From: a virus
Taxonomy: Duplodnaviria > Caudoviricetes
Reading direction: 5' to 3' (one strand)
IMG/VR virus record: IMGVR_UViG_3300032227_000589
Coordinates: 1 to 28,727 of that record
Length of the DNA stretch: 28,727 nucleotides
Part shown: piece after piece, positions 17,043 through 24,144 of the stretch
How positions within the stretch are numbered: position 1 is the first letter of the stretch
Layout of the letters: every line of letters starts with the position of its first letter
Made by a program: the position numbers and the translations under genes
Notes under the pieces: model-generated
What the model saw: the letters and a program-made list of their open reading frames with translations, nothing else
What the model was told of the DNA's origin: nothing
Databases searched by the model: none

Positions 17043-18082
17043 CCAGTGCCACCTTTTGCCATTGCCTTTTCTTCCGGCGTTAGATGCGCAAGATAATCCT
17101 CTGTAGTTTTTACTGACGTATGGCCGAGGTGTTGTTGTAGGTCATATATGTTCATTCCACCCTTGAGTGCCTCAACCGCAAACAAATGTCTGAGGTCATG
17201 GTAACGGAAACGTCTAAATTCCTTGCCTTCCTTTTTCATTCTATTTTCAAGTTCTCTGCGTATATGGCAAAAGTCTGAAGCAGCCTGGGAAAATTTCGTT
17301 TTATTTGGCTTGGCAAAAATCAAATCAGCACCAAATGCTCTAGGCAGTGTGGCAAAAAACGCCGCTGCATCCTTTGATTGGATCGGCCTCAGAGATATCA
17401 CCCTCTGCTTATTCCCCTTGCCAACAACCCGCAGCGTTTTCCGCTCTGGGTCATAGTCACGCCAACGAGCCGTAACTAGCTCATTCTGACGGCAGCCGGT
17501 AAGCCAAGCGGCTCTGATTAAAGTCCCAAATTCTTTAGGCGCGGAAGCAATTAGTAATTCAACCTCAAGTGGTTGGGGTAGGGATATGATTACCTTGCGC
17601 TGTTTTACAAGACGGCGACGGCTAAGAGTTGGGTTATCTTCCCGCCAATCTTCTGAGATAGCGTAATCCATAATCTTCGATATTGCTGATAAATCATTTT
17701 TAATTGTAGAAGCAGCGCGTTTATTACTACGTCTAGCTTTGATAAAATCACCGATAATCTTTCCATTAATTGATGATATATTTAAATTAGCAAAATATGG
17801 TTCTATCTGTTTTAGTGATACAGAGTATCTCTTGGCTGTCTGTGCTGGTATGTGCTTTCCTTCGTGCTCAATCCATTCTGCTACTGCGTCTAACCATGTA
17901 ATTTTACGATTTCCGCGCCAGGCCCAATTCTCTGCTTCTTTGATGAGCTTGTCTCTTTCGGCCCTTGCAACTTTAACATCGCTTGTTCGTAGCGTTCTCT
18001 GGATGAGTTGGCCCTTAACATAGGCTCTGAGGTAATATTGGCCGTTCCTGCAAACGAGATTTTGGTCTTGATTTTTAGACAT
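17015..18082 (-). CDS. int: Tyrosine integrase
   Basis: Catalytic motifs TGCRQNE, GKGNK, HDLRH, LGH, TEDY. Confidence 0.95.
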   Translation of the reverse strand: MSKNQDQNLVCRNGQYYLRAYVKGQLIQRTLRTSDVKVARAERDKLIKEAENWAWRGNRKITWLDAVAEWIEHEGKHIPAQTAKRYSVSLKQIEPYFANLNISSINGKIIGDFIKARRSNKRAASTIKNDLSAISKIMDYAISEDWREDNPTLSRRRLVKQRKVIISLPQPLEVELLIASAPKEFGTLIRAAWLTGCRQNELVTARWRDYDPERKTLRVVGKGNKQRVISLRPIQSKDAAAFFATLPRAFGADLIFAKPNKTKFSQAASDFCHIRRELENRMKKEGKEFRRFRYHDLRHLFAVEALKGGMNIYDLQQHLGHTSVKTTEDYLAHLTPEEKAMAKGGTGYMQKYIQN

Positions 18083-18252
18083 TCGTTTTCTCTTTCTTTG
18101 ACGTATTCCTGCAGCTTATTTTTGTCGAACGTCCAAAGACTTGCAATTTTAGCCGCTCCAGGCAACTCTCCCCTAGAAGCCATAAGAGTTACAAGGCGCT
18201 TTGACACGCCTAAGACCCCAGCTGCTTGTGTTGCTTTGATACGTTCAGTCAT
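17890..18252 (-). CDS. xis: Excisionase-like HTH protein
   Basis: N-terminal AAGVLGVS...GELPGAAKIASLWTF (MerR-like/HTH_17 pattern); directly upstream of int and overlapping it. Confidence 0.75.
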   Translation of the reverse strand: MTERIKATQAAGVLGVSKRLVTLMASRGELPGAAKIASLWTFDKNKLQEYVKERENECLKIKTKISFAGTANITSEPMLRANSSRERYEQAMLKLQGPKETSSSKKQRIGPGAEIVKLHG

Positions 18253-18620
18253 TATTTATCCTCATACAGCGATCGTCTTGGCGGCAATTTCAAAGGCTCT
18301 TTCACCGCTTTTGCCTGTTTCGGAAATCCGCTGCCGCGCAAGCTCGGTTTTTTTCTGACGCCCAAATGAAGCGCTTCTCGTCTCTTCGCCTGCGCAATTT
18401 GCTTAACGTCGCTCTTTGTTTTTTTGTCATGGCAAGGCGTGCAAAGTAACTTTGCATTTTCAATAGTCGCCTCACCGAGAAGCCCATCTGGTCGAACATG
18501 GTCAATCTCCCAGCGCTTAGCTAATGCGCCGCATTCTTCACAAAAGACTTTGCCATCTACGGTGGCGCGTTTGATACACGCCACCTTGACTGCTTTGCTA
18601 AACTCTTTGCGTTTAGTCAT
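18252..18620 (-). CDS. HNH endonuclease
   Basis: CEECG...EIDH...N...LCTPCHDKKT. Confidence 0.88.
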   Translation of the reverse strand: MTKRKEFSKAVKVACIKRATVDGKVFCEECGALAKRWEIDHVRPDGLLGEATIENAKLLCTPCHDKKTKSDVKQIAQAKRREALHLGVRKKPSLRGSGFPKQAKAVKEPLKLPPRRSLYEDK

Positions 18621-19354
18621 TTCCAGCTAATAAATTCTCTTGCTACTCTGCTGCGATTGACAAATGCGAGTTTTGTTGCAGCAAGATTGGTTCGAAAGAA
18701 CTCGTCGGAATAGTTGAAGCCGCTATCTCCAACTTCAATGTGTCGATTATGCTCTTCATCAAATAACCTCTCACCCGAGCCTCCGCTCGAGAAATCTTTC
18801 CAGCTCTCAGGTCTGTTAAATCCGCGATAAGCGTATCTCTTAACTCGTAGGTGTTCTTCATGATCTGCCTCTTTATGGTTTCTAAGCAGCTTCGCTAATT
18901 CATCTAAAACACGAAGCCGATGCTTTACGACAACATAATCGTTGCGCTTGCATTCTTCACAGACAACTTTCCCATCAAATAAAGCGTCTGTATAATAACC
19001 GGTAAATCTAGGTTTTTTGTCCCAATGACATTGATGGCATTTAAATTTTAAAGACATGCAGCATAATGCAAAACCTTGCTCATCTATTCTGCCTACTGGA
19101 TATACGTCTTTATATAAAATGCCATTTATTGCTGTGTAAAATTCACTTTGAATGAACCTTTCAGATCCATTTGTTCTTGCCCCTTGATATTTATGTTTGT
19201 GTAATAATGTTCTGTGAACCAAATACTTCCTGCCATATTCAAGTGCGACACGAATAGCAGCTCTGATCTCAATGTTTGAGTTTTGATCAAAACATTGTTG
19301 TTTTCGTATCGCCTTGAAAGCGTGTCCGGCAGATATGTAATAAATTCTAGCCAT
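18617..19354 (-). CDS. Hypothetical protein with two CxxC motifs
   Basis: Likely start at ATG 19354 (TGATG overlap with the upstream small gene); CHQC and CEEC; AT-rich. Confidence 0.5.
   Translation of the reverse strand: MARIYYISAGHAFKAIRKQQCFDQNSNIEIRAAIRVALEYGRKYLVHRTLLHKHKYQGARTNGSERFIQSEFYTAINGILYKDVYPVGRIDEQGFALCCMSLKFKCHQCHWDKKPRFTGYYTDALFDGKVVCEECKRNDYVVVKHRLRVLDELAKLLRNHKEADHEEHLRVKRYAYRGFNRPESWKDFSSGGSGERLFDEEHNRHIEVGDSGFNYSDEFFRTNLAATKLAFVNRSRVAREFISWK
18643..18861 (-). CDS. Hypothetical helical protein nested in the previous ORF (same strand, different frame)
   Basis: GAGG RBS; MKNTYELRDTLIADLTDLRAGKIS...IIDTLKLEI reads as amphipathic helices. Confidence 0.55.
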   Translation of the reverse strand: MKNTYELRDTLIADLTDLRAGKISRAEARVRGYLMKSIIDTLKLEIAASTIPTSSFEPILLQQNSHLSIAAE

Positions 19355-19515
19355 CAGTCTTGTGGGATATCTTTGATGCGTAACCATTCAGCATCATCAT
19401 TTGATACATCCAGAACCCACATTGAGCTGTCGTCGCACAGAGCAAATAATGCCTGGCCACTTTCTCCATATCCGTCCTGGTATGACCCAGATGTAATACT
19501 CACTACTTCTCTCAT
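19354..19515 (-). CDS. Small phage protein (53 aa, not in ORF track)
   Basis: MREVVSITSG...LFALCDDSSMWVL...W.RIKDIPQD; overlap-coupled to the genes on both sides. Confidence 0.65.
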   Translation of the reverse strand: MREVVSITSGSYQDGYGESGQALFALCDDSSMWVLDVSNDDAEWLRIKDIPQD

Positions 19516-19835
19516 AGCTTCATCTCCGCACGATTATTTGCCTCTTCACTCATTTGCTCGCTGTGACGCATACGCAGCCAATCAGCCTTAACCTTTGCTA
19601 AATTCGCATCTTTACGAGCGGCAACCATTCCTCTGACATATGTTTTCCATTCCTCAGAACCCTTCGCCAGCATCTCTGCTTTGCTAACTGAGGTGTCGCC
19701 AGTTGCGACGTATTTCTGCATCATGTCGCTGAGCGTTGCCGACTTACATTCTTCTAAAATATCGGCCAAAGCATTCAGCTGAACCCATTCTTTTGCAGCT
19801 TCTTTCCAGCGAAAACTAATAGTCTCGTCTGTCAT
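19512..19835 (-). CDS. Hypothetical coiled-coil protein
   Basis: 107-aa helical ORF in the recombination operon. Confidence 0.6.
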   Translation of the reverse strand: MTDETISFRWKEAAKEWVQLNALADILEECKSATLSDMMQKYVATGDTSVSKAEMLAKGSEEWKTYVRGMVAARKDANLAKVKADWLRMRHSEQMSEEANNRAEMKL

Positions 19836-19867
19836 CAGTCACCCCAATGAAACTTTCTTTTTGGAAT

Positions 19868-19889
19868 AAAGAGGGGCTTACCCCTCTTT
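19868..19889 (-). terminator. Probable intrinsic terminator
   Basis: Perfect inverted repeat AAAGAGGGG-CTTA-CCCCTCTTT immediately after the stop of 19891-20130. Confidence 0.6.
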
Positions 19890-19890
19890 C

Positions 19891-20130
19891 TCAAAAAGGG
19901 TCGCTATCGTGTATTTGTGATGCAGTTGGCTTGCGCGGCGTCATGTCGCCTTTGCGCTTTACTTTCCCCGATAAAAATTCACCATTGCTGCCCTGGCGCA
20001 GTTTTGCGTCTAGGTAAAACTCATTCCCATCTTCATCTATTAAGGTGCCGCGCCAATCAGCGTGCCAATCCTCAGTCTTACGGTCGTTCTTGTTAAGGGT
20101 GAATGTCCCGCGCTTATCGAACTCAGCCAT
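19891..20130 (-). CDS. Putative small single-stranded DNA-binding protein
   Basis: KNDRK...ADWRG...FLSG core with an acidic DSDPF tail; adjacent to the ERF gene. Confidence 0.6.
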   Translation of the reverse strand: MAEFDKRGTFTLNKNDRKTEDWHADWRGTLIDEDGNEFYLDAKLRQGSNGEFLSGKVKRKGDMTPRKPTASQIHDSDPF

Positions 20131-20752
20131 TTGATTTCCTTACTTGTTTAATTGATGTTTCTAGCTTGTAATATTCTTCGCCAATTCTCACTTTGTGAGC
20201 CTTTATAAGATTGGCGGTCTTACCCCTGTTAGCCTCACCCCATTCTTCTAATGCCGTGAAAGACACGCATTGCTTTAATGAAGCGAGTAATTCTTCCAAT
20301 ATTGCGGAAGATTGCTCAGCAGATAATTCAGATGGCTTTTCACGCTTTGGTGCTTGCGTGGCGGTGACTGCTGCATTGCCGTCGTCGTCTTCCTCGCCAG
20401 CAATGCCGACTAGACTAAACAAGCTGTATCGTCGGCTGTAGGTCAGTGCAGAGCCCATCTCTTGTTGCTTGGCTGGGAATACGCAAACTGGATATTCAGC
20501 CTCAATCCATTGCCCAGATTTATGAGCTAAGCGGGTATCCAGCATAAGGACATTGCCCTCAACCCGAGTAGCCTGGACAACACTTATGTTGTGTTTCGAC
20601 ATACACTCACGGACGATGTTTAGCCCTGTATCAAGCGTCGCATACTTAGACCTAAAATGTGGGTTGTTGCCGTCCTTAGCCGGATTAACAATCACTGCCT
20701 GAGCCTTGGATAAATCCAGAGATATTTCATTAATAGCTTCTGATGTTCTCAT
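20123..20752 (-). CDS. erf: ERF-family single-strand annealing recombinase
   Basis: NPHFRSKYATL, HKSGQWI and GSALTYSRRYSLFSLVGIAGEEDDDG (ERF signature). Confidence 0.92.
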   Translation of the reverse strand: MRTSEAINEISLDLSKAQAVIVNPAKDGNNPHFRSKYATLDTGLNIVRECMSKHNISVVQATRVEGNVLMLDTRLAHKSGQWIEAEYPVCVFPAKQQEMGSALTYSRRYSLFSLVGIAGEEDDDGNAAVTATQAPKREKPSELSAEQSSAILEELLASLKQCVSFTALEEWGEANRGKTANLIKAHKVRIGEEYYKLETSIKQVRKSNG

Positions 20753-21532
20753 GACTTTTCCTTGCGAATTGTTATTGCGCCGCTTTTAGAACGAGACGCT
20801 TTAATGCCGTGGCCGAATGCTTCTTGAACATCTGGCTCAACAAGTTCTTTGATGCGCTTAGCTGCAGCCTCAAATGCTTTGGCGGGGCCGTAATGCATGT
20901 GCCAATCGCCGGCAGCATCTGCCCAGCTATTGTGGCCGGTCATATCAACCTTACGAATAGCCTCTACTGGCGCTTTGATTTCGACAGCTACCGGCGGGTT
21001 TCCATTCTGCACGCATTCCCAGAAATTACGCTCGGCAGCTATCATTTGGCCCTGATAAATTGGGTCAGCGTCTATTTCGAATAGCTTCCACTTCATCGTT
21101 CCAAAGAATACGCTCAAATAAGCCTTCTGGTGGCCGCAGACACGCATGCAATGCTGTAACTGTGGGTAATACCGCTCAAGTATCGCTTCCTCAGTCTGGA
21201 ACGCGCTAACGTGCTTTGCTTCAAATATTGCTCTAGGCATCTGTCTCTCCGTCTAATGTGCAAAGCATAAATGGAAATTCAGCGCTGATAACTTGCTCAC
21301 CTTGACGTGTGACAACCTTGCCGGTTTCTTCTTCAAACCAGGTGATGTTAAATTCTTCAGTAAAGCTGCCCATTCTTACCGGCAGCACGCGGCTTAAATC
21401 TTCCGGCTGTATTTCACCGCGCTTCTCTTTCCAAAGACGCAGTATCTTTTCTGCGTCACCAGACATGATGATGTTAGCGTCAGAACCACCCAGACCTTGC
21501 TTGCGGAAAGCCTTTTGCTGTTCAGTTAGCAT
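20749..21532 (-). pseudogene. YqaJ/lambda-exonuclease-family nuclease split by a frameshift near 21233-21245
   Basis: ORF 21233-21532 has LGGSD...TLDG; ORF 20749-21240 has FEAKH...YYPQLQH. The two halves of one active site are in different frames. Confidence 0.75.
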
Positions 21533-21740
21533 CAGCTGGCCTCCCGTAACCTGACATCACGTTGTTAAACACTTCGACAGCCTCGAGAGCGCGAGAATAC
21601 GAGCGCGCTGGGATGTGAATAGAAAGATCAGAGATGATCGTCTTACGATCGCGTATTTCGATCCAGGTGGAGACATCTCCACGCTGAACCGAAAGATGGA
21701 TGTCGCCTTCCGCGTGAAAGGCAATGGTGCCGCTTTTCAT
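21522..21740 (-). CDS. Hypothetical protein
   Basis: 72-aa ORF coupled to its neighbours. Confidence 0.55.
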   Translation of the reverse strand: MKSGTIAFHAEGDIHLSVQRGDVSTWIEIRDRKTIISDLSIHIPARSYSRALEAVEVFNNVMSGYGRPADAN

Positions 21741-21838
21741 TGCTGGCCACCAAAAACATATGAGCCAACAACGAAAACTGCGCCGACGACAACGCTAGGA
21801 GCGGCGAACAAAGCGCACGCTATTTGTAGTTCCGACAT
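21737..21838 (-). CDS. 33-aa single-TM peptide, first gene of the leftward operon (not in ORF track)
   Basis: Strong RBS AGGAGG; MSELQIACALFAAPSVVVGAVFVVGSYVFGGQQ; ATGA overlap with the next gene. Confidence 0.6.
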   Translation of the reverse strand: MSELQIACALFAAPSVVVGAVFVVGSYVFGGQQ

Positions 21839-21865
21839 AATGACCTCCTGCTTGGTATGACAAGA

Positions 21866-21916
21866 AGTATATCGAAATATTTTCGAAGATCAATACAGTG
21901 ATCGAATTATTTTCGA
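21866..21916 (-). promoter_or_regulatory. Leftward early promoter (PL-like) with two operators
   Basis: Minus strand TTGATC-16nt-TATACT (21893 to 21866); palindromes TCGAA-N5-TTCGA at 21872-21886 and 21902-21916. Confidence 0.75.
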
Positions 21917-21940
21917 CTAAAAATATTTAAAGGCACCCAC

Positions 21941-21982
21941 TTGACCATGACTGAAAGCCGAACGAATATGGAACATGGTCAA
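21941..21982 (+). promoter_or_regulatory. Promoter with alphaproteobacterial LexA box
   Basis: TTGACC(21941)-17nt-GAATAT(21964); GAAC-N7-GAAC at 21960-21974; flanked by the inverted repeat TTGACCATG/CATGGTCAA. Confidence 0.65.
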
Positions 21983-22032
21983 TGTAATTACCTATATAAA
22001 AATTACATTTTAGGATTTAGGGGGGGTGGGTT

Positions 22033-22182
22033 ATGTCGGAGCAGGAGCTGAAATTTATGGCATTACAATTAGCTACACAGCTGCCAGAAGAATATGAAGA
22101 TGCCAAAAAGTTACACGCTTATATAGGCGAGATCATTGAGCAATGGCTCTACCTCGGCAATTATGCGGGGGGGGGGGGGTAA
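22033..22182 (+). CDS. 49-aa protein, candidate SOS-inducible antirepressor (not in ORF track)
   Basis: MSEQELKFMALQLATQLPEEYEDAKKLHAYIGEIIEQWLYLGNYAGGGG; downstream of the LexA box and convergent with the repressor. Function is inferred from context only. Confidence 0.55.
   Translation: MSEQELKFMALQLATQLPEEYEDAKKLHAYIGEIIEQWLYLGNYAGGGG
22167..22179 (+). repeat. G13 homopolymer
   Basis: Directly visible; a second run (G7) lies at 22020-22026. Confidence 0.9.
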
Positions 22183-22198
22183 CAACCCCATGATTTGA

Positions 22199-22474
22199 TT
22201 ATTCTTTTTCAGATAAAAGCTTAGCAAGATTTACGGGCAATGCGCCCATATCTCCCAAATAAATGTAATCTAATGTTGCGCCGGACACTCTGTGCAATTG
22301 AATAGCTTGTGGGACAGGTATTAAGCCTTTCCCCGCTTCCCACACATGATAACGCTTAGGGTCTATATTAAGCCGCTTGGCCATTTCGACCTGGTTCTCA
22401 ACGCCTATTACGCTTCTTAATAGAGCTAGACGCTTGCCTACAGCTCTAATACCAGGGTCACTCATTACATCCAC
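22199..22474 (-). CDS. CI-like XRE-family HTH repressor (no S24 peptidase domain)
   Basis: 91 aa; NQVEMAKRLNI...YHVWEAG...TLDYIYLG; divergent from the cro-like gene. Confidence 0.85.
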   Translation of the reverse strand: MDVMSDPGIRAVGKRLALLRSVIGVENQVEMAKRLNIDPKRYHVWEAGKGLIPVPQAIQLHRVSGATLDYIYLGDMGALPVNLAKLLSEKE

Positions 22475-22486
22475 CGCCCACCAAAG

Positions 22487-22502
22487 GTTAATAAAGAGTT
22501 AA
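22487..22502 (-). promoter_or_regulatory. Putative CtrA binding site
   Basis: Minus strand TTAA-CTCTTTA-TTAAC, an exact TTAA-N7-TTAAC match about 13 bp upstream of the repressor ORF. Confidence 0.6.
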
Positions 22503-22559
22503 AACTAAAATATCAACAAATAAATTTGGATATACCGAAAACTTTTATCTGAGTTAATA

Positions 22560-22609
22560 ACGAAAAATATTCGACACATATTGACGTATCGAAAAATTTT
22601 CGATAGCTT
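22560..22609 (+). promoter_or_regulatory. Rightward early promoter (PR-like) with two operators
   Basis: TTGACG(22581)-17nt-TAGCTT(22604); operators ACGAAAAATATTCGA at 22560-22574 and TCGAAAAATTTTCGA at 22589-22603. Confidence 0.78.
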
Positions 22610-22615
22610 CGGGAT

Positions 22616-22858
22616 ATGCTTACGACATTAAAATCATCCGCTGAAGTCATTGATGCCCTAGGCGGGACAAAACCATTAATTGAGCTTCTTCATGTTGGCA
22701 GCGCTGCTGTCAGCGTATGGCGTGTTCGTAACCGCTTTCCAGCTCATACCTTTCCCAAAATCCAGCAAGAGCTTCTTGCTCGAGGCATGACTGCAGACGC
22801 TTCTTTATGGTCGTTTGCTCGTAAAAAGTCAGAGCGTCGTTCGGAAGTTGCGCAATGA
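22616..22858 (+). CDS. Cro-like HTH protein
   Basis: 80 aa; VIDALGG...VGSAAVSVWR...FP; divergent from the repressor. Confidence 0.8.
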   Translation: MLTTLKSSAEVIDALGGTKPLIELLHVGSAAVSVWRVRNRFPAHTFPKIQQELLARGMTADASLWSFARKKSERRSEVAQ

Positions 22859-23316
22859 ATAACTTTCCGCACCCACAACCTCCCAAGGGTGCGGATACTG
22901 GCGGCTCGTTGAGCTACAGTTCCGAGCCGCCTTTTTTATTCAACAACAATAAGAAGTTTGACATCCAGCTTTCTCAAGCATTGCAAGCTGAGAAAAGGTT
23001 AGCCGAGATATTCTCTGTTAAAAAGATCGAAAAGATCGAGCTAAAGACCGAAACTTGGCAGTGGGAGCAAACCGGCAACATCTGCATTGAATATAAGTTC
23101 AATGGCGAGCCATCCGGTATTGCCGCAACGCAAGCAGATTATTGGGTTCACGAATTACGCAGAGACGGAGAAACGCTTTGTTATCTTATGTTCCCAATCG
23201 AGCGCATGAAAAAGGTTGCTCGGCATTTCCATGACATCGGAAGCAAGCGAGCCAAGTCAGGCGATGGCGGTAAATCTGAAGTTGTTTTGATACCTCTTGC
23301 CGAGGTGTTGAAGTGA
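22855..23316 (+). CDS. Hypothetical protein, possible PD-(D/E)xK-like fold
   Basis: IELKTE...TGNICIEY...SGIAATQADYWVH. Confidence 0.55.
   Translation: MNNFPHPQPPKGADTGGSLSYSSEPPFLFNNNKKFDIQLSQALQAEKRLAEIFSVKKIEKIELKTETWQWEQTGNICIEYKFNGEPSGIAATQADYWVHELRRDGETLCYLMFPIERMKKVARHFHDIGSKRAKSGDGGKSEVVLIPLAEVLK
22866..22937 (+). terminator. Tandem hairpins after cro; the second is terminator-like (tR1-like)
   Basis: TCCGCACCC/GGGTGCGGA (22866-22895) and GGCGGCTCG/CGAGCCGCC (22900-22931), followed by T6. Confidence 0.7.
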
Positions 23317-23702
23317 CGCATTTTACCCGCAAACCCACACAAATTGTGATGCTGGAGCTTCCACCACCTATCTCGGTGAACGCTCTTTACCGCGCCATTG
23401 TGCGTCCAGGTTCAAAGCACGCAATTAACATTAAGTCAGAGAAATACAGAGATTGGATTTTTGGCGCTGGAAAGATCCTTGAGGAACAGCGGCCAGGATA
23501 TGTTGGTGGGCATTACGGTCTGAGGATCTCTCTCCCCGTCAACTGCAGGATGGATCTTGATAACTCCGTTAAGTGCGTGAGCGATCTCCTGCAATCTCAC
23601 AACGTCATTGAAAACGATCGACTGATGCAACGCCTAGAAGTTTGGCGGGGCGCTGGCGACACGATGTCTGTTTGGGTGATTTCTACGCGGGAGGTTAAGT
23701 GA
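23313..23702 (+). CDS. rusA: RusA-like Holliday junction resolvase
   Basis: LPPPISVNALY, DLDNSVKCVSDLL, IENDR. Confidence 0.85.
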   Translation: MTHFTRKPTQIVMLELPPPISVNALYRAIVRPGSKHAINIKSEKYRDWIFGAGKILEEQRPGYVGGHYGLRISLPVNCRMDLDNSVKCVSDLLQSHNVIENDRLMQRLEVWRGAGDTMSVWVISTREVK

Positions 23703-24142
23703 TGGGGTGGAATTTTAAAAGATTTAAATGGACGCCGGCAACGATTGAGGCATTAGCAGCTGGCAAGCTCGAGGGATTGAGCCACGCTAAAATTGCAGCT
23801 CGAATTTCGGTGCAATTTAACACACGTTGCACCGGATCAATGGCTCAGGCTTGCTGGTTAAAGCTAGTCGATAAAAACTATTTTGAGAAGCGACCAGAGT
23901 TTGATGATCTTGTTTTAGCAACACTTGAGATGCGACGGGATCAAAAGCCATTTAACGACACGGCTGAGCAATGCCCGATCCGCGCTAGTATTTTGCATTT
24001 ATTGGATCTTAAGCGAGCCGGTCATAGCCCACGTTTTACTGAGCTAAAGATCGAAAGCGAATACTGGCCTAAAACATATAAGTCGCAAACTCCATATCAT
24101 TCTTACAGCAGTTCTCCTGCAGCTTTGTGCGTGGGGGATTAA
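23699..24142 (+). CDS. Hypothetical protein with GcrA-like N-terminal HTH
   Basis: WTPATIEAL...GLSHAKIAARI. Confidence 0.5.
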   Translation: MMGWNFKRFKWTPATIEALAAGKLEGLSHAKIAARISVQFNTRCTGSMAQACWLKLVDKNYFEKRPEFDDLVLATLEMRRDQKPFNDTAEQCPIRASILHLLDLKRAGHSPRFTELKIESEYWPKTYKSQTPYHSYSSSPAALCVGD

Positions 24143-24144
24143 GA

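Noticed and set aside
22535-22549. Possible fifth operator CCGAAAACTTTTATC
   Set aside because: Only one half-site matches; too degenerate to call.
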